A DNA stretch of 64,000 nucleotides from NCBI GenBank assembly GCA_044229975.1, contig JBGARZ010000001.1, forward strand, positions 64,001 through 128,000. Reading direction: 5' to 3'. The position numbers and the translations under genes are program-made. The first letter of the stretch is position 1. The number at the start of each line of letters is the position of its first letter. Positions 51,512 through 62,717 of the stretch are shown here, piece by piece. Source of the stretch: Polyangiales bacterium (GTDB lineage: Bacteria; Myxococcota_A; Polyangia; Polyangiales; Ga0077539). The notes under the pieces were generated by a model. That model saw only the letters and a program-made list of their open reading frames with translations, was not told where the DNA came from and made no database searches.

Positions 51512-51896
51512 CGGAGGTTCGTCTTCGGTCTGCTGGCCGGGCGCGGTACGCACCCGCCGGTTCTCCCGCCCTGCGACCGGGCGTCGCAGGACCGCGGTGC
51601 CGCTAGCACCATATTCGCGGCAACCCTGTCAAGAGGCTGTGCGTCTCCGCGGGGCTCTCGCCGTGGTGGTTTCGCGGAACCACCGACGGCACCGAGGCCG
51701 TTTCGATCGCGGGCGGGGAAGCTAACAGAGTCCCCCCGGCACCGCGCGAGGAATCGACAGCACAGGGCGGTACCCCGGCGCTGCCTCGCGTCGCGATATG
51801 AAGTACCGACCTCCGCGCGCGACAAGACCCGTCGGCATGTGACCTGCGCGCGGTCGGAGTAGCGACGGGTTCTGTGGTAGCCCATCGACCTCCTCC

Positions 51897-52799
51897 ATGA
51901 GCCAATCGTTCATCCCCTCCCCGGCCGAGCTGTCTCCCCTCGAGATCGACCGCGTGGTCGAGCTGTGCCTCGCCGAAGACCTCTCCTCGGGCGACGTCAC
52001 CACACGCACGGTGGTCCCCCCCGATGCGCTCGCACGAGGCGTGTTTTCCGCGCGAGAGCCGATGGTGCTCGCGGGCCTCGCCGTCGCCGCGCGTGTGTTC
52101 GCTCGCCTCGACCCGCGGGTCTCCTTCGCGGCCCTTCTCGTCGACGGTGCGAATCTCGCCAAGGGCGACGTCGTCGCCACCATCGAGGGCCCCGCGCACG
52201 CCGTCCTCACCGGCGAGCGCAGCGCGCTCAACCTCCTCCAGCGCATGTCGGGCGTCGCGACGCTCACCCGCCGCTTCGTCGACGCGCTCCCCGAGGGCTG
52301 CGGCGCCCGCATCGCCGACACCCGCAAGACCAACCCTGGCATGCGCGCCTTCGACCGCTACGCGGTGCGCGCGGGCGGCGGGCACAACCACCGCAACGAC
52401 CTCTCCTCGGCGGTGCTCATCAAGGACAACCACATCGCCGTCTGCGGCGGCGTACGGGCGGCCATCGAGCGGGCCCGCGCCCGGGCGCCGCACACCATGC
52501 GCATCGAGTGCGAGGTGCAGTCGTTGGCCCAGCTCGACGAGGCGCTCGCCGCGGGCGTCGACGTCCTGATGCTCGACAACTTCACCGACGCCCAGACCGT
52601 CGAGGCCCTCGACCGTCTGCTCAGCGTGGGGCGCCGTCCCATCGTCGAAGTGTCCGGCGGCATCACGCTGGAGCGTGCTCCCGTGCTCGGCGCGCTGGGT
52701 GTCGACGTGCTCTCGGTGGGCGCCCTCACCCATGGCGCGCGCGCCGTCGACATCGGGCTCGACCTCGAGGTCACCGGCTCGTGGAGTCCGACCGCGTAG
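51897..52799 (+). CDS. nadC: Nicotinate-nucleotide pyrophosphorylase (quinolinate phosphoribosyltransferase)
   Basis: GDVTT, GERSALN, DTRKTNPG, HR...LIKDNH, MLDNF, SGGIT and SVGALTH. Confidence 0.97.
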   Translation: MSQSFIPSPAELSPLEIDRVVELCLAEDLSSGDVTTRTVVPPDALARGVFSAREPMVLAGLAVAARVFARLDPRVSFAALLVDGANLAKGDVVATIEGPAHAVLTGERSALNLLQRMSGVATLTRRFVDALPEGCGARIADTRKTNPGMRAFDRYAVRAGGGHNHRNDLSSAVLIKDNHIAVCGGVRAAIERARARAPHTMRIECEVQSLAQLDEALAAGVDVLMLDNFTDAQTVEALDRLLSVGRRPIVEVSGGITLERAPVLGALGVDVLSVGALTHGARAVDIGLDLEVTGSWSPTA

Positions 52800-52804
52800 T
52801 CGCG

Positions 52805-53560
52805 ATGGATGACCTCCACGGCTTCGCCGTGCCCGCCGGCTGTCGACTCGGTCGGCCGCTCATCGTGAAGGCGGTCACCGGGTCGACCAACGACGACGCT
52901 CGCGCGCTCGCGGCGACGGGAGCAGGTCACGGGACTGCGGTGCTCGCCGATCAGCAGACCGCAGGGCGCGGTCGACTGGGGCGCGCGTGGTCGTCGCCCG
53001 CGGGGGACAACCTCTACCTGTCCATCATCTGGCGCGCGGGGCTTGCGGACGTGATCCCTCCCACCATGACGCTCGCCGCGGGCGTGGCCGTGTCCGAAGC
53101 GCTCGATCGCTTCACGCCGACCCCGACGCGCGTGAAGTGGCCCAACGACGTTCGGCACCAGGGGAAGAAGCTCGCGGGGGTGCTGACCGAGGCGATGTTT
53201 CGCGGAGCGCAGCCGACGGCCGTGGTGCTGGGCGTCGGGGTCAACGTGCGCGGACGGTCCGTCGCGCCGGAGCTCGTCGACATCGCCACCTCGCTCCGCA
53301 TGGTGCGCGGTGACGACCTCTCTCGCGCGGAGGTCCTGGGTGCGCTGCTGTCGAGCCTCGACGAGACCCTCTCGGCGTTGCTGAGCGGAGGCTTCGCCGT
53401 CATCCGACCGAGGCTGCTCGCGCGCTGCGAGACCCTCGGCGCCCGCGTCTCCGTGGGTGGCATCACGGGCGTGGCCACGGACATCGACGACGACGGCGCG
53501 CTGCTCCTTCGCGACGACGAAGCAACCGTCCACGCCGTGCGCTCGGGCGAGGTTCGGTAG
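52805..53560 (+). CDS. birA: Biotin--[acetyl-CoA-carboxylase] ligase (no HTH domain)
   Basis: STND, QTAGRGRLGRAWSS, KWPND, KKLAGVL and GVGVN. Confidence 0.95.
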   Translation: MDDLHGFAVPAGCRLGRPLIVKAVTGSTNDDARALAATGAGHGTAVLADQQTAGRGRLGRAWSSPAGDNLYLSIIWRAGLADVIPPTMTLAAGVAVSEALDRFTPTPTRVKWPNDVRHQGKKLAGVLTEAMFRGAQPTAVVLGVGVNVRGRSVAPELVDIATSLRMVRGDDLSRAEVLGALLSSLDETLSALLSGGFAVIRPRLLARCETLGARVSVGGITGVATDIDDDGALLLRDDEATVHAVRSGEVR

Positions 53561-53569
53561 CGCGGCCCT

Positions 53570-54823
53570 TCAGGCCATGGCGTGAAGCGCGGTCACCAGT
53601 GCTCGCCCGTCGACGGGTCGATCGGTCACCTCGGCCTCAAGGCACTGGCGCAGCAGTGCGCCCACCGCGGGCGACTCGCCCAGCCCCAGCGCGACGCCCA
53701 TCGCGCCAAACGAATACACATCGAGCGCCGGGCCGATGACCTCCCCCGCCCGCGCCTCCGGAGCGGTGAAGCCCGCGGTGCCCTCCATCGCCTCGGCCCT
53801 CTCGCCGATGCGCCGCGCGAGACCGAGGTCGGACACCACCGCGCGACCGTCGCCCCGCAGCAGCACGTTGCCCGGCTTCAGGTCGCGGTGCACCCACCCT
53901 GCTTCGTGCATCCTCGCCAGCGCAAACGCCACGTCGCGCAGCCACGCGCGGGCCTCGTCCGCGCCAACCGGTCCGCGCGCGATGCACTGCCGGATCGAAC
54001 CCCCGGCGCAGTGCTCCATCACGATGGCGCCCTGCTCGGGGCGCACCTCGAAGAGCCGCACCACCCGCGCCGATCGCACGGCCTCCGCCACCTCCGCCTC
54101 CGCGCGCATCCTTGCCCGCCGCGCCTCCCGACCGCCTCCCCCGTGGTGCAGCTTCACCGCCACCTCGCGCCCGAGTCGCTCGTCGCGCGCCAGAAACACC
54201 GCGCCTGCGCCGCCCCGACCGAGCTCCTTCAAGAGCGCGTAGCGCCCGATGCCCGCCCGCGCATCGGGCGCCAGCAGCGTCGCCCCCGCGTCGCCCGGCC
54301 GCGCGCTCTCGCCCAGGCGACGCAGCCGCTCCCTCGCGCCGGGATACGACAGCTCGCACGCCACCAGCTCTTCCAGCCACCGCGCCGCCGCGTCGCGGTC
54401 TCCGCGCTCGATGCACAGATCGCCGAGGGCGAGCCGCGCCCGCAGCGCCCCGTCGCCCGGGTGTCGCACCGCGGCGACGAGCACCCGCGTCGCGACGTCG
54501 GCCTCGCCGCGCCCCTGGAAGTACTCGGCCAGCAGCCCGCTCGCGTCGCCGTCGAGGTCGTCGCGCTCGCTCAGCTCACGGAGCATTCGCACCAGCCCCG
54601 TCGCCGCCACCGGATCGATGTCTCCGCGCAGCGCCGTCACCGACCGTCGCACCGCCTCGCTCGGCGGCAGCGAACGCATGCGCTCGGTGACCTCCACCAC
54701 GTCCGGTCGGGGCTTTGGCTGCGGCGGCGCGACCATCACGACGGGAGGCGGCTCGACCTCCTCCGCCGATTGCTCCACCCCCTTCGCGCCCGTGACGCGT
54801 CTCCACCAGTCCTTGATTCCCAT
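53570..54823 (-). CDS. Ser/Thr protein kinase with N-terminal TPR-like helical region
   Basis: LGRGGAGAVF, VAVK, HRDLKPGN, DLG, GTAGFTAPE and DVYSFG. Confidence 0.9.
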   Translation of the reverse strand: MGIKDWWRRVTGAKGVEQSAEEVEPPPVVMVAPPQPKPRPDVVEVTERMRSLPPSEAVRRSVTALRGDIDPVAATGLVRMLRELSERDDLDGDASGLLAEYFQGRGEADVATRVLVAAVRHPGDGALRARLALGDLCIERGDRDAAARWLEELVACELSYPGARERLRRLGESARPGDAGATLLAPDARAGIGRYALLKELGRGGAGAVFLARDERLGREVAVKLHHGGGGREARRARMRAEAEVAEAVRSARVVRLFEVRPEQGAIVMEHCAGGSIRQCIARGPVGADEARAWLRDVAFALARMHEAGWVHRDLKPGNVLLRGDGRAVVSDLGLARRIGERAEAMEGTAGFTAPEARAGEVIGPALDVYSFGAMGVALGLGESPAVGALLRQCLEAEVTDRPVDGRALVTALHAMA

Positions 54824-54831
54824 GACGGCCT

Positions 54832-55974
54832 CTACAAGACCTCGATCCACCCGGCCGCGCCGTCGACCCGGTCGCCGCGCGCCAGCACCAGCGCCATCGC
54901 CACCCGCTGCCCGTTGAGCTGCAACGGCGCCGCCGGCTCCAGCACCAGGCCCGCCTCGCCGCGCGTCACCACCCCCAGCTTCGTGCGCCACCCCTTCCCC
55001 AGAACGGCCACCCGGCGCCCCCGGTCGAGGCCGCGCTCGACCGCCAGCGTGAGCCCGCCGTCGTCGAGCGAGACCCGCAGCGCGAGGTCGTCCCCGAGCT
55101 CGACCCGCTGGCCGTCGCGCAGCGGCATCGCGGCGCCGATGCGAAGCCCGTCGAGCCGCGTGCCCGACCGGCTCTCCAGGTCCCGGATCACGTAGTTCCC
55201 GTCCGCCTGCGACAGCTCGCAGTGCCGACGCGACACCCCCGCGCCTCGCAGCACGAGGTCACCCTCGCGGCCGATCACCAGCGGCAGCGTCGCCATCAGG
55301 CTCACCGGCTCGCCGTCGACCTTCAGCTCCATCTTCGCCCCGCGGAGCACGGCCGCCGTGCGCTGGTCGAGCAGCCGGCGCGCCTCGTGGTCGTCGCCGT
55401 GCTCTCCCACCCACGTCCGCAGCGCCGACAGCGAGCCCGGCCGGTCGCCCGAACGCCAGCGGGTCTCGGCGTCTTCCGTCGCGGCCCGTCGACGCAGCTC
55501 GTGGCGGTCGACGTCGTCGCGGGCGCCGGTCAGGCGTTCGAGCGCATCGACGTCCCCGGAGAGCGTGAGCGTCCGCACGAGACCCTCGCGGTCTTCGAGC
55601 ACCACGTAGGCGCGGGCCGCGTCGGCGTGCTCGCCCAACGCTTCCAGTGAGCGCGCAGCGTCGGCCAGGGCGCGGCGCTCGTCGTCGGTGCGCGGCGCGC
55701 TGTCTTCGGCTTCCTCCACGGACAAGCGCGCGAGAAGACGGCGGGCCTCGGCGCGTTGAGACTCCTCCTTGGCGATGGTCGAGGCGCGGGCCAGGAGCGA
55801 GCGTCGCGTCTCCAGGGCGCGGGTGGTCTCGGCGACGGCGAGCAGCACCCGCACGGCCTCGTCCCTCGCCCCGGCCTCGACGTAGAGACGCACCGCGTCT
55901 TCGAAGCGTCCCTCGGCCTCCGCCCTCTCAGCGGCCCCGTTGGACCGGAATGCACGCGACAACCACGACCACAT
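54832..55974 (-). CDS. TPR-like helical protein with C-terminal FHA domain
   Basis: Helical repeats, then FHA VIGREG...GVSRRH...RDLESRSGT...LRDGQRVELG. Confidence 0.85.
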   Translation of the reverse strand: MWSWLSRAFRSNGAAERAEAEGRFEDAVRLYVEAGARDEAVRVLLAVAETTRALETRRSLLARASTIAKEESQRAEARRLLARLSVEEAEDSAPRTDDERRALADAARSLEALGEHADAARAYVVLEDREGLVRTLTLSGDVDALERLTGARDDVDRHELRRRAATEDAETRWRSGDRPGSLSALRTWVGEHGDDHEARRLLDQRTAAVLRGAKMELKVDGEPVSLMATLPLVIGREGDLVLRGAGVSRRHCELSQADGNYVIRDLESRSGTRLDGLRIGAAMPLRDGQRVELGDDLALRVSLDDGGLTLAVERGLDRGRRVAVLGKGWRTKLGVVTRGEAGLVLEPAAPLQLNGQRVAMALVLARGDRVDGAAGWIEVL

Positions 55975-56099
55975 GGAAGATCCTCAGCGAGGCGTGATAG
56001 ATACCATGACGTGCCACGTCCCAACCTCGCGACCTTTCCGACGCATCGCGAGCGACGACGGCGGCCAGACCGAAGTGCTCTACGACCAGATGGAGGCGT

Positions 56100-57839
<1,740 letters not shown>

Positions 57840-57846
57840 GCCCGCC

Positions 57847-58980
57847 ATGACCGCACCCACCGACTCCGCCCCGCCGTCCATCCTCGAGCTCCTGCGCATC
57901 ATGGTCGAGCGCAGCGCGAGCGACCTGCACGTCACCACGGGGTCGCCCCCGATGCTGCGCATCGACGATCAGCTCCTGCCCCTGCGGCGGGGCCTGCCCG
58001 TGCTCACCCCCGCCGACACGCAGCGGCTCTGCTATCAGATCCTCACCGAAGAGCAGCGCGCGCGCTTCGAGCGGAGCTGTGAGATCGACCTGTCCTTCGG
58101 GGTGAAGGGGCTCGCGCGCTTCCGCGCCAACGTCTTCCTCCAGCGCGGCGCGGTGGCGGGGACGTTCCGGGCGATTCCCTTCAAGATCCTTCCGCTGGAG
58201 GAGCTCGGGCTGCCGCCGGTGGTGGGCGAGTTCGTCACCAAGTCGCGCGGGCTCATCCTGGTGACGGGCCCGACGGGCTCGGGCAAGACCACCACGCTCG
58301 CGGCGATCATCGACAAGATCAACGCCGAGACGCGGCAGCACATCGTCACGATCGAAGACCCGATCGAGTACATGCACCTCAACAAGAACTCGCTGGTCAA
58401 CCAGCGCGAGGTGGGCACCGACTCGGCGACCTTCAAGGACGCGCTGCGCAACGTGCTGCGGCAAGACCCCGACGTGGTGCTCATCGGCGAGCTGCGCGAC
58501 CAGGAGACCGTCGAGGCGGCGCTCTCGGTCTCCGAGACGGGCCACCTCGTGCTCGGAACGCTGCACACCAACTCGGCCTGGCAGGCCATCCACCGCATCG
58601 TCGACATGTTTCCCCAGCAGCAGCAGCAGCAGGTGCGCATCTCGCTGTCGTTCGTGTTGCAGGGCGTGGTGACGCAGCTCCTCCTGCCGCGCGCGGGCGT
58701 CCCGGGGCGCATCGCCGCCGTCGAGGTGCTCGTGCCCAACTCGGGCATCCGCTCGCTCATCCGCGACGACAAGGTCCACCAGATCTACTCGCTCATGCAG
58801 GTGGGTCAGGCCCAGTCGGGGATGCAGACCATGAATCAGTCGCTCGCGACCCTCGTGGCCCGCCGACAGATCACGCTGGAAGAGGCCCAGGGCCGCTCCA
58901 ACGACCCGATCGAGTTGGTGCAGCTTCTGGAAGCCGCCCGCGCCGCCGTCCCCGCCCGCCCTCAGACCCGCGAACCTTAG
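57847..58980 (+). CDS. pilT: Type IV pilus retraction ATPase
   Basis: ASDLH, RFRANVF, GPTGSGKTT, TIEDPIE, LRQDPD, ETGHLV..TLHT, and GIRSLIRD (AIRNLIRE variant). Confidence 0.96.
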   Translation: MTAPTDSAPPSILELLRIMVERSASDLHVTTGSPPMLRIDDQLLPLRRGLPVLTPADTQRLCYQILTEEQRARFERSCEIDLSFGVKGLARFRANVFLQRGAVAGTFRAIPFKILPLEELGLPPVVGEFVTKSRGLILVTGPTGSGKTTTLAAIIDKINAETRQHIVTIEDPIEYMHLNKNSLVNQREVGTDSATFKDALRNVLRQDPDVVLIGELRDQETVEAALSVSETGHLVLGTLHTNSAWQAIHRIVDMFPQQQQQQVRISLSFVLQGVVTQLLLPRAGVPGRIAAVEVLVPNSGIRSLIRDDKVHQIYSLMQVGQAQSGMQTMNQSLATLVARRQITLEEAQGRSNDPIELVQLLEAARAAVPARPQTREP

Positions 58981-58991
58981 GCGATAACCTT

Positions 58992-59021
58992 TTGACCGCG
59001 GGCTCGCGGCCCAAGTACGAT
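58992..59021 (+). promoter_or_regulatory. Putative internal sigma-70 promoter for pilC (near-leaderless)
   Basis: TTGACC-N18-TACGAT, then 8 nt to ATG 59030, with no SD. Confidence 0.55.
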
Positions 59022-59029
59022 CGCGATCG

Positions 59030-60235
59030 ATGCCGACGTTTACGTACGAGGCGAAGACCCGGACCGGTGAGGCCCGCAGCGGCACCATGGAGGCCGACGA
59101 CGAGGCCACCGTAGGGCAGCGACTGCGCCAGCAGCAGCTCCAGCCCACCAAGATCGCCAAGAAGGGATTCAGCTTCAACTTCGGCGGAGGCGGCAGCGTC
59201 TCGACGAAGGACCTCGTGATCTTCACGCGGCAATTCTCGACGATGATCGACGCCGGCCTGCCGCTGGTGCAGTGCCTCGAGATCCTCAGCTCGCAGATCG
59301 AGAACCCGGCCTTCGCGCGTGTGCTCCGCTCGGTGAAAAACGACGTCGAGGGCGGGCTCACCTTCAGCGACTCGCTGGCCAAGCACCCGAAGATCTTCGA
59401 CCACCTCTTCTGCAACCTCATCCGCGCGGGCGAGGTCGGCGGCATCCTCGATACCATCCTCCAGCGCCTCGCGGCCTACATCGAGAAGAACGCGAAGCTC
59501 ATCCGCCAGGTGAAGAGCGCGCTCACCTATCCCATCGGGGTGCTCGTGATCGCCGCGGGCGTCATCGGCATCATGATGATCTTCGTGATCCCGAGCTTCG
59601 AGTCGATGTTCAAGGAGTTCGGCGGCGAGCTGCCGGCGCTCACGCAGACCGTCATCAACGCGTCGCACTTCCTCGTCGACAACATCGTCTTCATCGTCGG
59701 CGGCATCCTCGCGACCTTCTTCGCCTTCCGCTATTGGAAGAACACCGCGGCCGGCACGCGCGCCATCGACAAGGCGCTGCTCCAGTTTCCGGTGATCGGC
59801 AACGTGATGCGGAAGATCGCCGTCGCGCGCTTCACCCGCACGCTCGGCACCCTGCTCTCGTCGGGCGTGCCCATCCTCGACGCGCTCGAAATCGTGGCCA
59901 AGAGCTCCGGCAACTACATCATCGAGCAGGGCATCATGCAGGCCCGCGCGAAGATCGCCGAGGGCAAGAACATGGCGGAGCCCCTCGCGGAGACCAACGT
60001 GTTCCCCTCGATGGTGGTGCAGATGATCGCCGTGGGTGAGCAGACCGGCGCGCTCGACACCATGCTCAACAAGATCGCCGACTTCTACGAGGAGGAGGTC
60101 GACGTCGCGGTGTCCGCCATGACCTCGCTGCTGGAGCCCATCATGATGGTCTTCATCGGCGGCAGCGTCGGCACGATGATCATCGCGATGTACCTCCCCA
60201 TCTTTACGATGGCCGGTAACATCAAGGCGGGCTGA
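59030..60235 (+). CDS. pilC: Type IV pilus inner-membrane platform protein
   Basis: FTRQFSTMIDAGLPL, AGEVGGILD, YP, FTRTLGTLLSSGVPI, VGEQTGALD and AMYLPIF. Confidence 0.97.
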   Translation: MPTFTYEAKTRTGEARSGTMEADDEATVGQRLRQQQLQPTKIAKKGFSFNFGGGGSVSTKDLVIFTRQFSTMIDAGLPLVQCLEILSSQIENPAFARVLRSVKNDVEGGLTFSDSLAKHPKIFDHLFCNLIRAGEVGGILDTILQRLAAYIEKNAKLIRQVKSALTYPIGVLVIAAGVIGIMMIFVIPSFESMFKEFGGELPALTQTVINASHFLVDNIVFIVGGILATFFAFRYWKNTAAGTRAIDKALLQFPVIGNVMRKIAVARFTRTLGTLLSSGVPILDALEIVAKSSGNYIIEQGIMQARAKIAEGKNMAEPLAETNVFPSMVVQMIAVGEQTGALDTMLNKIADFYEEEVDVAVSAMTSLLEPIMMVFIGGSVGTMIIAMYLPIFTMAGNIKAG

Positions 60236-60262
60236 GTCCGCGATGTCCGCGTAGTACTGCCG

Positions 60263-62020
60263 ATGCCTGCCCTGCGCGGCGCGTCCCTCCCCCCCGAGCC
60301 GCTCTCCCTCGTCGGCAACACCGACGCCCAGCTCCGCGAGCGCTTCCAGTTTCTCACCGCCGCCCGGGTGATGGTCTGCACCGTCATCTTCGGCGGCACC
60401 GTCGCGGTGTACCTCGCCGAGGGCCACTCGCTCGACGACGCCACGCCGAAGCTCCTCCTCTCGGTGATCATCGCCATCTACGTGGTGTCCCTCGTGTACG
60501 CGCTGCAGATCCGCAGCGCGCCCCGCGGACGGCTCGTCACCCTCACGGCGGTGAGCATCGCGCTCGACCTCGCCGCGTGGACCGTCCTCGCCTACGCCAC
60601 CGGCGGCGCGGGATCGCCGCTCAGCACCTTCTTCGGACTCAGCACCCTCACGGCCGCCCTCGTGCTCGGCGGCAACGGCACCCTCTGGACGGCGGTAAGC
60701 TCCCTCGCCGCATACGGCGTGCTCGCGCTCACCATGGCCCTCGGCGTGGTGCTCCCGCCGTCGGATCAGCTCCACATCCCGCACAACCCCATCGAGACCA
60801 CCTACCAGATGGTGGTCACCCTCACGGCCATCATCTCCATCACGGCCATCGGCGGCGCCCTCGCCGACCGCCTCGTGGTGACCGGCGACGCCCTGCTCCG
60901 CGTCGAGGCCTCGCGCGTGAGCCTCATCGCCCTCTACGAAGACGTGCTGCGCTCCATCCCCGCCGCGCTCGTCACGTACACCGCCGACGGACTCGTCGAC
61001 GGCGCCAACCCCTTCGCCGCGCTCTTCCTCGACCTCGAACCCGTGGAGATGCTCGGCCGCCCCGCCCACGAGGTGCTGCCCTTCGTCCCGCGCGTCGCCC
61101 TCGACGGTGACGCGGGCAGCTCCAGCGGCGATGCGCGGCTCAAGACGGCGTACCGGGAGATCCCGATCGCGTACCACGTCGCGCCGCTCTACACGCACGA
61201 CGGCTCGCGCCGCGGCGGCATCGTGGTGGTCGAAGACCGCTCGCACGAGGAGGGGCTGCGCCACGCCGTCGAGACCTCCGAGCGATTTGCCCAGCTCGGT
61301 CGCCTCGCGGCGGGCCTCGCGCACGAGATCCGCAACCCGCTGGGCGCCATCTCCGGGTGCGTCGAGCTGGTGCGCGAGACCGCGTCGCTCGACACCGAGG
61401 AGCGCAGCCTGCTGGCGACCGTGAGCCGCGACGTGGCCCGGCTCAACGACCTCGTCACCGACATGCTCCAGTTTGCGCGACCGCGGTTGCCCGATCGGGT
61501 TCCGGTCGATGTGAGCGCGCTCGCGAGGGACGTGGTGGCGCTGGCCCGCACCTCGGGCGGCCCCGAGGCGCGCGTGATGATCGCGCTGCATGCGCCAAAC
61601 CCCGTGGTCGCCTCCGTCGATTCGGCGCAGTGCAAGCAGGTGCTCTGGAACCTCCTGCGCAACGCCGCGCAGGCGTCGCGCGTGGGCACCGAGGTGCAGA
61701 TCGAGGTGGTGGGCACCGAGCACGAGGCGGCGCTGCGCGTGCTCGACCGCGGACCAGGCATCGAGCCCGAGCTGCGCGAGCGGATCTTCGACGCGTTCTA
61801 TTCGGGCACGGCGCGGGGCACGGGGCTGGGTCTCGCGATCGTGAAGCGCATCGCCGACGCCCACCACGGGCGCGTGGAGATCGACGAGCGCGAAGGGGGC
61901 GGGAGCATCTTCGCGTGGATCGTCCCGCGCGACGTCATCACCGCGTCGATGCTGGGTCCGTCGGAGCCGACCGGGGAGCTGCCCGTCGGGATTCCGACGG
62001 TTCCGCCGCCGATCTCATGA
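60263..62020 (+). CDS. pilS: PilS-type membrane sensor histidine kinase (6 TM, PAS, HisKA, HATPase)
   Basis: AHEIRNPL, NLLRNA, DRGPGI and GTGLGL. Follows pilC. Confidence 0.88.
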   Translation: MPALRGASLPPEPLSLVGNTDAQLRERFQFLTAARVMVCTVIFGGTVAVYLAEGHSLDDATPKLLLSVIIAIYVVSLVYALQIRSAPRGRLVTLTAVSIALDLAAWTVLAYATGGAGSPLSTFFGLSTLTAALVLGGNGTLWTAVSSLAAYGVLALTMALGVVLPPSDQLHIPHNPIETTYQMVVTLTAIISITAIGGALADRLVVTGDALLRVEASRVSLIALYEDVLRSIPAALVTYTADGLVDGANPFAALFLDLEPVEMLGRPAHEVLPFVPRVALDGDAGSSSGDARLKTAYREIPIAYHVAPLYTHDGSRRGGIVVVEDRSHEEGLRHAVETSERFAQLGRLAAGLAHEIRNPLGAISGCVELVRETASLDTEERSLLATVSRDVARLNDLVTDMLQFARPRLPDRVPVDVSALARDVVALARTSGGPEARVMIALHAPNPVVASVDSAQCKQVLWNLLRNAAQASRVGTEVQIEVVGTEHEAALRVLDRGPGIEPELRERIFDAFYSGTARGTGLGLAIVKRIADAHHGRVEIDEREGGGSIFAWIVPRDVITASMLGPSEPTGELPVGIPTVPPPIS

Positions 62021-62641
62021 GCCCTGCTTGCGACGCTCTTTCGCCTCGACCGCGTCGACGAAGAGGCTCGTGTACTCCACCGCCGACGTGACCGAGAAGA
62101 CCATCGACAGCACCACGAGCCATTGCCCGCAGAGGTTGAGGTCGACCGCCTTCGCGTAGAACGGCACCACGGGATACGGGAAGTGCAGGATGAGGCAGAG
62201 GATGCCGACCATCTGGAGGGCGGTCTTCCACTTGCCGCCCTCGCCCGCGGCGATGACCACGCCCTCGCTCGCCGCGATGGCGCGCAGCGAGGTGATGGCG
62301 AGCTCGCGGCCGAGGAGCACCACGACGATCCACGGCGCGATGCGGCCCATGCGCGTGAGGTACATCAGCAGCGCCATCACCAGCAGCTTGTCGGCGAGCG
62401 GGTCGAGAAACTTCCCGAAGACGCTCTCGATGTTCCACTTGCGGGCGAGGTAGCCGTCGAGGAGGTCGGTGACCGCCGTTGCGCCATAGAGCCAGCCCGC
62501 GATGATCGCGTCGCGCGGCGTGCCCGCCACGACGAAGTAGAGCACCGCGGGGATCATCACCACACGCCCCATGGTGAGGGCGTTGGGGAGGTTCCAGATG
62601 TCCGTACGGGTCGACGAGCGCGGTGCGGTGGGTTCGGACAC
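62015..62641 (-). CDS. pgsA: CDP-diacylglycerol--glycerol-3-phosphate 3-phosphatidyltransferase
   Basis: NLPNALT, DLLDGYLAR, GKFLDPLADK, RELAITSLR and GKWKT. GTG start at 62641. Confidence 0.95.
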   Translation of the reverse strand: MSEPTAPRSSTRTDIWNLPNALTMGRVVMIPAVLYFVVAGTPRDAIIAGWLYGATAVTDLLDGYLARKWNIESVFGKFLDPLADKLLVMALLMYLTRMGRIAPWIVVVLLGRELAITSLRAIAASEGVVIAAGEGGKWKTALQMVGILCLILHFPYPVVPFYAKAVDLNLCGQWLVVLSMVFSVTSAVEYTSLFVDAVEAKERRKQGS

Positions 62642-62717
62642 GGCGGGCAGACTACACCCCGACGGGCGCGGAGATGGCCCTGTCGTCGCGCGGCGCGAGG
62701 TGGCAGAATCCCGGGCC

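Noticed and set aside
58615..58632. (CAG)6 in pilT as a phase-variation tract
   Set aside because: It is an in-frame triplet in a normally Gln-rich PilT segment, so slippage would not shift the frame.
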